Assembly (NCBI GenBank): GCA_977030845.1
Contig: OZ365114.1
Coordinates: forward strand, 14,818,001 to 14,882,000
Direction of reading: 5' to 3'
DNA from: Fimbriosthenelais zetlandica
Lineage: Eukaryota
Length of the DNA stretch: 64,000 bases
Positions within the stretch are counted from its first letter, which is position 1, and every line of letters starts with the position of its first letter. The notes below the pieces were generated by a model that saw nothing but the letters and a program-made list of their open reading frames with translations, did not search any database and was not told where the DNA came from. The translations under genes and the position numbers were made by a program. Positions 1-11,309 of the stretch are shown here, piece after piece.

Positions 1-321
1 AGCATTCATACAAAAGCATGTGCCTCAACAGAATGTCTGTATAACAGTAATTCATTAACCCCCTTGTAAATCATGCTTCAGGGATTTTGAAGAATTAAGA
101 TACGGCCTGATAGGAATATATTATGACTCAGTTTGAAAGCCACGTCCGGAACAATAGCTGAAGATGCTTGTTCAAGCAGAATAATACTTGCGGGGTTTCA
201 TAATATTATAACAAAATTAATACTAGGCCTACATTATCCGATATGCTTATAGCATTATTCTAATGGCGGATCATTCATTATTATGCTTAGGTGATTTAAT
301 AATGTATTTTCAATGAAACAG

Positions 322-2104
322 ACCCCCGGTCCTGCTAAATGGTCATAGGGACGTGATTGAACTGGATCCTAAGCAGATGTAAATGATCAGCATGTTAGGA
401 GCATGTGACTTGGCAGCCATGAGGGCCAGCATTATAAAGCCTTGCTCCTACACCACCATCTTATCACCAGTAACAATAGAACGCCAATCCAATTATATTC
501 CAACTGTGCATACAGCCTTGGTTTTGATTAATATTGCAAAATAGGCGGGGGCCCTGGCATAATTAATAAAGCAACTCCTCCTTCCTTCCTCTTGGGGTTT
601 TGGCACCAGAACAGGAGGCAAGTCACTGGGATGATAATAGCTCGTTACCACTAGGGTTGATGATATGTGGAAGATCCTACGAGGACAGTAAAATATAAAC
701 GCATCAATATATTCAAACCTCGTGTTATATTGAATGTTTTGACTTTAATGTCTGCGTAATGTCAATAAAGTACAATGTGACAACCATGTTATTAAATAGC
801 CCCACATAAATCTAAAACGGTTTTATATTCGATGGTACATTAAGCTTGAACAAGATGTATGCTACATAAAGCTCTATAGACATAATCAGACCACAGAGTC
901 AATTATATGGTTTTTTTAAAGCAGTCCATATGTATCGAGTCAGACATGTTTTACTATTTACATGTCCCTTTCTCATACACATACATGTACATATTCAGGG
1001 TACTTACAACGCATTGTTTGTAGGAAAATCAATGGCATGTAAGTGTTCTAATATGGGTCACAATTTCAATGGAAGATACTGGAAAATGATATAAAACCAA
1101 TTTGGATTATTTTCAAGGTTTCTCTTTCCTTATTAATGGAGGACTTGTATTGATGTTATGTTTGACTCAGGTTCCATAGACTCGGAGTGAGATAGCATAA
1201 TATTTGATATCAAACATTAATTAATTGATACCTAATCCGAGCCACGCCTAAAACTCCATATCAATTGCAGCTGATCACATCAATGTATTTTACCTAACAG
1301 ATGACAGACTCTTCTATCAATGTGTGATAGATGCATCATTAATGCCTTGAGATCAATAGATAAAAGAAAGATGCGCTAAGAGACTCTGAGATTGCCAAGC
1401 CCCAGTTTCACCTTGTTCATTATACTTTCTCCCCAAAGCTTTGCATTCGAATCCATTGCAAGCGTACTCGAGCAAACGGGTAATTGTATGGTTGCAGCGC
1501 AAGATAATTTGGTGAGTTCCTTCAGTAATTATCACAATGAATGCTGCTCCTTCTTCCCTCCCAACATCAATCATGATACATCTTGGTTCATCTCCCTAAC
1601 CCTGGTCCCTCCTATTCCCCTTAAACTTATCCATCAACTACCCCCATGAAAAAGCTCCTTTACAAAGCTGCAGTGGTCCGACATTTACAGTGCTAACCTT
1701 GCTCTTTGCCCCTTGATGACACAATCTGAGGGTAGACTCATGCACCACTGACCTCAACGGAGTAAATAAACTCCTGCTTGGTAGCCTTTCTAAGGGTACA
1801 ATATATATCATCAGCTGAAGAAGAGAATACCTATAGGCTATGGCCCAATACATAAACATTTTGATCCTGAATTGCAAGAAACAGTTTTAGTATGATATTA
1901 TTTGGATTATAATCTCGATTGAACGTTTAATTGAGTGGACAGCATCCCTTGCTTAGGGTGTTCTGCTTTCTGTCCAGTTTAGTCCATCAGAAGCCCGTTT
2001 CAAAAGGAATATTAGAAATGCTAAGTCTATGGCTAATATTTGTTTTTAGACAGGCTTCTGGGTGTATCATAGCCTTAACTAAGGCTCTCTTTTACAAGGA
2101 TGCG
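322..2104 (+). CDS. Internal or 3' exons of an unidentified gene: join(322..378,1439..1511,2054..2104), PPVLLNGHRDVIELDPKQIFAFESIASVLEQTGNCMVAAQDNLASGCIIALTKALFYKDA
   Basis: Three AG/GT-bounded segments with compatible phases (2 then 0). Exon 2 has a strong polypyrimidine acceptor and a GTGAGT donor. Exon 3 may instead run on to TAA at 2120..2122. No family recognised. Confidence 0.45.
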
Positions 2105-5100
2105 GTTAGTGTGCCCATATAAATCCCTCCACCAGCTCGTGGTGGTACAGTTACTTGCCAGACAGTCTTGCAGTCACGGAGCGTTAGGTTAATTAGTACC
2201 CGGTGTTTGCTATTCAGCCTTTTGTTGAGGTCTGACATTCCTGTAGTTAAACCATTACAGGATCGATACAGCACAGTGAGGGGGTTGTGGGGAAATATGA
2301 ACTCTTGAATCTCTTGTTCTGCGTGCCGCAAACAATGCGCGATTAACATTGGAAACCAGAGTTGGCCTACGTGCCTTTGATGTAAGAATGTTCTGATTCC
2401 TGTTCTGATTTGATCTGTATCCATTGTCCATGCAGTTCCATTAGATTACGGAATGCAAACTAATAATTATGGACTTGTCATTGACAATACATGGCATTAT
2501 AACACTTATATAATATTATCGTCATTATGTTTGTGAAATGTCAGCGACGTTCCTATTGGTAGCATACAGACTTAACTGTTCACTCCAAAAGAAACATGAT
2601 CTCTCTCGGCAGGGCATTTTGATCAAAAATGTAATATTTCGAATAAAGGTTTTGTTATCTGTTGCCAAGCAACGAAATCTCACATTGGACGTCGCTTGCA
2701 GCCTACATCATTTAGAGACTATTCCAGAAATTGCTGTATGATATTTGAGAAGACATTTCCAATAGACTCCAGTCTGTGCACACAAAAGCATTTCCTGTTG
2801 CTGCCTAATAATGCTTTGTCATTAAATGTGAAATGTTCTGTTTGGCATATTCGTGTGTTGCGATAGACAATACACTATAGAATTGTAAGGCAATTGTCTT
2901 CTAGATATTTTATAATGATTAAACACTAGTACACAATATTAGGTTTAGGCATGCCCTTTTTTCTAAATAAACTACATGGGCCAAAATGTTTTAGGTTAGT
3001 CATCAATAGGTATAATACAGTGTCTAACAATAACACCTCTGAGATCTCTGTTTGAAACAAATGGTAAAAATCCCTTTTGCAACTACAAAGTTTATAGTTA
3101 AATACAATGTAATCTTAACGCCAGGAAAACAAGGAATCAAAGTTCACTCACTTAATGTGTTCACTAATACATAAATAATGAGTCTGTGATCTCAAGAACT
3201 CAGACTCCGTTTTAAGCAACTCTCTGTCATCATGAAGGATACTAAGACTTTAATCACATGTTCGAGTAGATCGCTACAATGAGATCCAAAATGGGGAAAA
3301 GAGCAAGGCCTAATCCAATATGATTGTGTATCACCATTAGCCTCGTTCAGTCTATGACTCCTCAGTCGCAATAATATAGAAGACATTCTGCTTCTACTGC
3401 AAATATCCTTTAACGTTATTTTCATGTACATAAAATATTCGCAGACTTGAGTAAAAGAAGATCATATCATAAAAATGCATAATCCAGGAGAAATAAGATA
3501 TTTCATGATAGTTACAAATCATTGTTTCTCCGTCAGCAATAATTATTTAATGTGGTGGATAAAGTTTTGCATTTTAGATATGTGTATAATAATGGATAAG
3601 GAACATTGTGAAAATAAATACAGACATATGTGTTGGATACATATATATATATACACATATGACGGCAGCACAAAATAGGGATTATGATGAGCTAGAGTAA
3701 ATGTTTGCTGTATATATATAAACATGGTTCGCACTCAGATTAGGATGTGGAACAGGAAGTTTGTATCGATGTTTCCTGCCATCATGCAGCTTCATCCACA
3801 TGTAACCTATACACACAAGGAGTGTTAATCAGTATGGACACACTAGGCCATTTTTTCTGCATATCTAAAACCCTGTGTCCACTGGTTTTTCATTACTTGC
3901 GTCAGCTCTTTGACTTAAGTCAATCCATCCTTTCATCGGCTGTATCCAGTAGACAAGTAAAGACAATTTTTCCTTTCCCATTTCCCCACTTTTATATCCC
4001 CCGAGGTTTCCCCTTGTATATATGGAACCAATTTACTTAAGGAAAAGCCGAATACATGTAATGTGATGCAGTACATGCATAACTTAATTTTATTAGCTTT
4101 TTACAGAGACAGATGAACTATAAACATGTAAACATATATTGAAATGAAGCATAATTTAGTTTCGGTTTCATGTAAACTGGCATTTCGGGCTATTCTAGTA
4201 CCAATATTGCCTTCAATAACAGGTTTCATGTATAGATAACACGTTCTTTAAGAGCACTAACATAACATACATATTCTATGGCAACAAATATCAGGACCCC
4301 ACACTTTGCAATAGTCTAATGGTAGGTATTTAATGCTGAATTTAATGGGATGATGTACAAGGATCGATGACCAGCTTTTTGTAACATACTATTATGATCA
4401 TTACACCAGAAGGATTATAATATGAAATATATTCCTTTCAAATCTATTTATATACGCTATGAATTCATGTGAAAACAATAATTTGACTTCTGTAAAGAGA
4501 GACATGGAGGTATTTCTGATTTAGAGTGTCTTGGGGATAGAGATGGGGTATCTCTAATTCATATCATATAATGATAGGGATTACAGCGAGTAATCACATT
4601 AGTAATCATCGTGATCAACACATAACATTATAATCAATGACAGGATACAGTTAATGCTGTAATTATTAAATCTGGTGAATGGCAGGGGATATATATATCT
4701 AACCCTGTCTTCACCCACCGTTATCCCTTACACATCCACCTCTTCATACCCCACCCCCTCCCATTATCACCGTCCTCAACATCCAGACTCATTGGCCGTG
4801 AGCCTTTCCATCTGCCATGGAATAACCCCTGATTAAATGGTAATTACGTAATGACCAGATAATAGTCCATCGTCACGTATTCATGGATAGGATGTGGTTA
4901 TGGTGAGAAATAATGTGCCTACTATGTGGTGGTATGTTGGTCGGTTCATACCATTGTATTGGTATAGAGGCACGTATTTCCGAAAGAGTGAGGGTGGGGA
5001 AATAATACTGAAATAATCATAACCTTTATTCCCATCTCAGTGATAGACAGGTAAAAGGTAACCTTTTAACAGTCAAGAGTACAAAGAACGCTTTGTTGCG

Positions 5101-5675
5101 TATTCTCTTTTCAATTTTTATTACAATGCAAAGATGTACGATCCATGAGTGCAGACAGCCTTTGCTATCTAGAAAAAATGATTTTCGGTTGCATGTTTAG
5201 TTTGGACAGAACCCACATATGCAGTTACTTAGGCTCTTTAAAGTATTCTTTAATGTATTATTTCCTGTGTCATCATACTATAGTATCTACGATCCATATG
5301 AACTATACACTTCAAGTGTGTGCTACAGTCTTCTGAACATACCAACTTCAATAGTCTAAAAATAATATATAGATGTGATATAAGAAATGCAAGAAGGCAA
5401 CAAGCTATTCTACTTTTTAAAAGCAGTGCTGGTGTCGCCTTCACAAACTCTGGTTTCACCTTTCTCTACTCTGTTTGTAGAAGTATTAACCCACACCCCC
5501 ATAAGGCTACAAGTGGTGTTGGCTCCACCCTACCTTTTACTTCTCTCCAAATACCTGGAAGCAAGCTATTAAAACTAATCCTGGGAGCTGAAGGATGACT
5601 GGCCACGAGCTGAACATGAATGTTTTAGTTAAAGATTGACAATAAATAGAATGACCAACTATCTTTTCTGTCCAG

Positions 5676-5746
5676 AAGAGGTCAAAACTTCATGCCCTGG
5701 GGTCGAGACAGGCTCGGCAGGAGCCTATTGGCCTACAAGAATGCAG
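5676..5746 (+). other. Possible isolated 71-nt exon
   Basis: Acceptor TATCTTTTCTGTCCAG| and donor CAG|GTATTA, open in all three frames. Parent gene uncertain. Confidence 0.22.
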
Positions 5747-7988
5747 GTATTATGGAGTTCTATGGAGGCCTTTTCCTCAGAGCCAGGGGCTCTATATAAA
5801 ATTTCATTCGCTGGTGGTTTCCATTATTCCTCCCTTCACTTGAACTGAACAGAAAATAACTTCAAAAATATAACATTTTGAAAAATGTTGATGCCAATAA
5901 TTGTAATGCAGACATAGGTTTCTACCTCAAGAAATTGACGAGCATGGATGCTCCGAATTTTTGTAGGGGTTTTCTGAAGAGAACAAACAAAGTGAAGGGT
6001 TGGTAGGAAGAGAGGGAACTCTTCCATACCCACGTGTCCCCCTCTCCACGCCCGAGTCATTTACAAACACAACCTGGAAGTACATATGGGCAATATTTGT
6101 CTAAAGGATTCCCCATGCAGTAAAGACAGGTCTTGGTGAAGTTGCTGGTGCCTACATTTACTGACAGTCCTCAGTTCAAGGGGTCCATCCCTCTGTATGC
6201 TCAAAGCAGCATCCCCCCGCCTTGATTAAAGGGGTGATCCCATCTCGAGGATCACATCACATACTCTGACACATAACATCCACCCCTATACACCCTATAC
6301 TTTGTCTCTACCATGTACAAATCAGAGACAGTATTTTACAAGCACATCCTCCTACATCCACCCTTCCCATATACTCATTCATTACAAAGCCATAAGGGGG
6401 ATGGACCCCTGACTAAACCAGGTCCCCCACCCCCTTATTTTGTGGAAAAAATTCACCACCTTCCCATACACATTACTGATCTATGTGTCCCTCTGCGTTC
6501 TCAATGTGTCCCAATACATTACCTAGCCAGCCCGTGATTGTAATCAAACGACAGAGCGGATAAAACGATATCATTCGTATCGAATATCTCACGGTATCAT
6601 TACTGTCTTCAGAGGTCTCAAAGGGAATGCATCACCGCGCCGTGCCTTCTTTATGCATGGAAGATTGTCTCTCCCAGCACCACCATCAAGTATCAGGCCC
6701 CGTCCCTTCTCTACCAAACATGTCCAATATTGACAAATCTCTATGCTTCGGTGGGAAATTGCAATTACACATTTATGACCCGGAGGAGGTTATCATCCCT
6801 CCCACTGGGCGCTGGACTCATAGGAAAGGCATAGAATATCCTCAACAAAGAAGAAAGAATACAGGCGCGAATTATTACTTTCTATATAGATATCTCTTAA
6901 CAATTATACCATCCCCATCCCCATATTATACCATCCCCATTTAATTTTTAATAACAATAAACCTGAAAGAGATGTTTAAATTTAGATTTATAAACTATTT
7001 TTCTAATGGATAATTTAATGAATTAATTTCCAATTCTGTACTAATTCATTAATATCTAGACAGGAAACGATTATTTATTTTTACATCATGGGATATAGTT
7101 TGTCTCGTGTTATTTAGCATAATATCATATAAATCCATAATATAATATATCTTGGAAACAGTGTATTTATTTTTGTATTTAGAGCAATGCAGATTACGTT
7201 ATTATCCGTCATATATTGTAAGCAAGCTAGAGATATAAAGATGGTTTGTTTTTTATATGCGTCTCGCTGACAGTGATTCAGTTGTTGCTATCCTGTAATT
7301 CACCACGTTTAGATTGCCTTCGGCCAGGCAGCCTTCCTCTCTATATTGCTGTGCTTTACCCTAGGCAATGGCCACTAAAAGCAGAATGCAGTCTGAGAGC
7401 AACTGATAGCGACCAGCTTATAATTGCATTTGGACTCGATCACAAAGAGAGAATCTGTTCCCTCACTTAATCTCCCCGTCCCATCCATCATAAATGCCAT
7501 GCTCGCATTTCCTTTTGCATAAATCCTATATGAATATTCAATGACCATCATGGCTTCATGTAGGTGGAAAATGATGATGGGCGCATATATACAGATGTCT
7601 TGAGGGTCATGATATTTGAATACAGCCATAGTGGTAATTGGATATAAGGTGTATGGAATCGTGAAATGCGGATCCTGTCCTATCTACATAGAAAACAGAT
7701 TAGCAGGCGTAGTAGGCTATCAAATAGTCACATCTCTGAGTAGCACAGTAGCCTATACAGTTATCTCCAATTTACACTTAGGATATCTCTATATTTATGA
7801 CTTTTCGGCTTTTCACCTTATTTTCAAGTACCTTTAGTAAAAATTCAAATTCATAGATAGTCCTTTAGGCCTATTCGGTTATCACCATAGGTTATGAAAT
7901 TCCTAATTGAACTTCATTTGGTGAAAATCGGTTTCTCTTAAAAAGCCGTCTCCACCTTGTTTTTTCAGCGGATTGAACGTCGCTTGAG

Positions 7989-8113
7989 GCCCTCTAGCGT
8001 GAAGGGAGCGACCTACTGTGACCTGCTGGTAGCCTACTTTTCCCCTTTTCCCCGATCTCCACTTCCGGTCTGGGACAGCGCCCTTTTGATCGTAAGTCCC
8101 GCGAAAGGTGAGT
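7989..8113 (+). promoter_or_regulatory. Promoter-like or first-exon-like element
   Basis: CTCF-like GCCCTCTAGCGT (7989..8000), ETS ACTTCCGGT (8061..8069), E2F-type TCCCGCGAAA (8097..8106), and splice donors C|GTAAGT and AAG|GTGAGT. Motif matches only. Confidence 0.4.
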
Positions 8114-9723
8114 TTAGAGTATAATCATGGATTTCCTTCACTCTTTATTGTTCAAACTATTGTCAAATGTGTCCAAATACTGCATAAGATTTAAGATCGA
8201 TGTTTTATGTCCAATATAGGGATGGAACCTTGCCGGGCGCTTCTAGGAATGACTTGTCCGCTCCCATATTTTTGACAGGCAGGAAGAATCGCCAAGACAG
8301 TGGCCCAACGAAGATATCCTCAAACCCTTGTCAGTCTAGAGGTTCTAAATTGCTCAGGAAACCACCTTTCTGTCTTGAGTGTAAACATGAGGTTTCATAT
8401 CTTTAAATTAGGCCTATAGGGCTAGATCTTTTCTAACTCCGGTCCCTCGGCTCGGCACTTGTTTTGCGGCATGGCAATGACGTAGAATGACAGACCTACA
8501 CTGAGTGGTGCACACCCCGAACCATAAATAGGCCTACAGTCTGTCCTAAATTTATACATTCATACAATTTATAAATTTAGGACTAGGCCTATGTCGATCC
8601 AAAATATACAGGAAGGTAGATTGCATTAAATTTGATCTATATCATGAGATATCATGGAAGATATTTTTCAAAATGAATAATTATACGACTATTAAACATA
8701 CATTCATCATGGGCGAGGTAAAATATGGCCTAGGCCTAGCTAGTGCAGGCTAATTATGAAATAAATGAGAGGTTACTGCGGGTATAGGGCCTATAGGCCT
8801 AGGCATCGTTCTGACTGTATCCTATATATTCAATGTAGCTATACTCTAGAAATATTGACCATGCTCTTCCCTAATTTGATTCAAAGTAATATTTTCCAAG
8901 AGCGGAGGTATAGACAACCTTATAGCCATAAGAGAAGCACCCTGGACATCCACTGGCTTACCAGCCTCAATACCCTTATCCCCCTACTACTACTCCCCCG
9001 CCTCCTATTCCCCCTCCCCCCACCCAACTCTTCCACATATAGCCCCAGCTTCCCCTACCTCAGCAAAATATACTCCGAACACACTAAGATGATCTACCCA
9101 TCGGTTAACCATTGAGCAGTGTGTGTACTTAAACAAAAATTCAAATAATCCTAATGCCCTTATTTCCCCCCAGATCTGGATAACCATGTCAAAAGGTGAT
9201 GAAATGATAATCCGATATCAATACGGCTAGAAGCAGGCTCAAACCGGTAGTTGAATTAACCAAGTAGCACCACAGCTTAACATGTGAGTATAGGCGAGAC
9301 CATTTGCTGTCGCAAATGTGAGCTCCAAAGTAGGTAAGGGGAAGAAAAAACCAACCCAGGGAACATTAACAGGCAGCTCGTGATAGGTTTAAAGGATTTG
9401 CCTTGTACGTAGGATCTATATATCTTGCTTGGTTCCTTCCCAGAATGTGCGCCTATAGCTCCCGATATGGCGAATGGGGTTGTGTTGGGCTTGAGGGAGA
9501 AAGGTCACACTGAGGGTGTGGGGCATTATTTTTCTTTCCCACTGTCATGTTTGGCCTGCGCTTTAAGGCATATTGCTGCTGCTTCCAACTCCAATTGTGA
9601 GCACTGCAAGAAGAGACTAGTGCTTGGTCTGGTTGGTTGGTTGGGTGGGAGGAAGAGAGTGGTGGGAGTGGGAGGAGAAGGGGAGGGAGGGAGGAAAGAG
9701 ATGGTTGGTTTCTTGGCCTTTTC

Positions 9724-9783
9724 TCATAGGACTTCTTCACTTTTGACCAACCAATCACTTTCTATCTTGGTAAACAGACTGTC
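9724..9783 (-). CDS. Candidate exon 2 of the divergent gene (DSLFTKIESDWLVKSEEVL*), giving ~98 aa in total
   Basis: Acceptor TTTCCCCTGCACCTCATTTGTAG|, phase 0 matching exon 1, then TGA. Confidence 0.35.
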   Translation of the reverse strand, partial: DSLFTKIESDWLVKSEEVL

Positions 9784-10377
9784 CTACAAATGAGGTGCAG
9801 GGGAAATATCATAAATGAATAATGTATTCAATCAATGGTGAAAATACTGACCGATTCACCACCCCTGGTTCCCCCTCCCACGCCCCGCAGGTGCCTTATT
9901 CCATATAGTACCCCCTCCCCAAGCTCCCCACTCCCATGCACACTCCACAATTTCTTTCTATTTCCTTATTTTCTCCCACCCACTATACTAATTATCTTAT
10001 GGGCCAATGTGAATACTGGCAAGTAAAAGGCAAGATAAGATGAGAGAAGGAAACTATATTTGAAGTTGATAAACCATTTGACCCATGCATGTTCAATGTA
10101 TTGGTTCAGTGATTTGTGTTCTTTCTGGGTTGCGCATGGAAATTATGATTTGCCTATCATAAATAAAATCTAGGGACTGGGGTATAGCCGGCCTAACTTG
10201 TAAGAATCCCTATAATTGTTTTGTTATTACATTGTAACCACAATATAGAAATGAAACTCTGTGAGACGGATTTTTATTCAATCTTTCCATGTATAGTTTT
10301 ATACATTTACCTTAAACAAAAACACCCAATATCTAATACTAAAACAATGGTTTTTAACAGAAATAGTCGCCCATTAC

Positions 10378-10614
10378 CTGAACATTGTGTCTAATATGAA
10401 GTTCCACTATATTTCCAGCCTTTTCACGACCCACTTCGATCCTTTCTGCGAGGGAAAACTTTTGGCAATCCGCAGCCCATGAGGTATCCGATAGAAGGGC
10501 GGCTGAGGTGGGCGGTAGTCCGGCTCTGGGCCCGGGAAGGAGACCGGCCACGAGGGCGACAAGGCCCGCCACGAGGCAGCGGCCAGCAGGCGGAGGATCC
10601 ACGCCCAACCACAT
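10378..10614 (-). CDS. Candidate exon 1 of a divergent gene encoding a small secreted or membrane protein (MWLGVDPP...CLVAGLVALVAGLLPG...HIRHNVQ)
   Basis: GC-rich ORF from ATG 10614 ending at donor CAG|GTAATG, with a hydrophobic stretch near the N-terminus. No family recognised; could be non-coding. Confidence 0.5.
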
Positions 10615-11277
10615 AGTACTCCACTTTAAGGGGGTGTAACACAGTCGTCCACCTCTTAACACTCAACTGCCTTAACGCCTCCGTGGCGTATAGCTAGCCC
10701 CTAGCCCTCACCACTCACACTTGCTCACGCCTAGTTTTTCCAAGGTAAAATCCAGAATCATTTGGAGAAAATGCCTGAAAAACACCTAAGAGGTACTTCC
10801 ATTGGAATCCCAACAAGCGCACTACTAGCTCACTGAATCCGCGGGCATAGCATCGTTGCTGCTCAGACGCTGTTACAACAGTGTCTTTGCCCCCTCCGAA
10901 ATAATATCCAGTGCAATATTATTTTATTGTTCCGCGGCGAAGACCTGGCGAAATATTCTAAAAATTAACGAAATCACTCCTCGTGTTCTTTGATAAATTC
11001 GGAGCGCGTCAGAAAGTGTTTCTCCATTGATTTTTGCTTTGTATGCACGCTGCTTTAAGAGCGTTCTAGCTTTAATGACCGGGGTGTGCGCGCGTGTTGG
11101 AACAGCCTATTGAATTGTGTACATCAGTGGCTGAGGCATTGGAGAGTGGATTCCCTACACGAAAACCATGGAGAATTTTACCGATTGAAGCAGACCGAGG
11201 GACACTAGCGATTATTTGACAGTTCTGGGATTCCTCCCTAGTACATGGGACTTGGCAGAGCTTTGGAATCGCTCTGA
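10615..11277. promoter_or_regulatory. Putative bidirectional promoter and 5' UTR region
   Basis: Lies between two divergent ATG-containing first exons and is CpG-richer than its flanks. TSSs cannot be seen directly. Confidence 0.55.
11168..11277 (+). other. Two upstream ORFs in the ASTN-like 5' leader (11168..11188 MENFTD*; 11245..11277 MGLGRALESL*)
   Basis: Read directly. The TGA of the second uORF abuts the main ATG at 11278. They are uORFs only if the TSS lies upstream of them. Confidence 0.45.
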
Positions 11278-11309
11278 ATGGACGCTATGGAAGGAGAACA
11301 GCGACCCAG
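11278..11309 (+). CDS. ASTN-like exon 1 (MDAMEGEQRP + AG)
   Basis: ATG at 11278 and donor CAG|GTTAGT. The phase-2 end joins the G of exon 2 to give Arg, in frame with the next ATG. Translation could also start at 12370. Confidence 0.6.

Noticed and set aside
2261-2391. Possible fourth exon of the first gene, with TGA read as selenocysteine
   Set aside because: All frames from the 2260 acceptor contain stops, no SECIS was identified, and no selenoprotein motif is evident.
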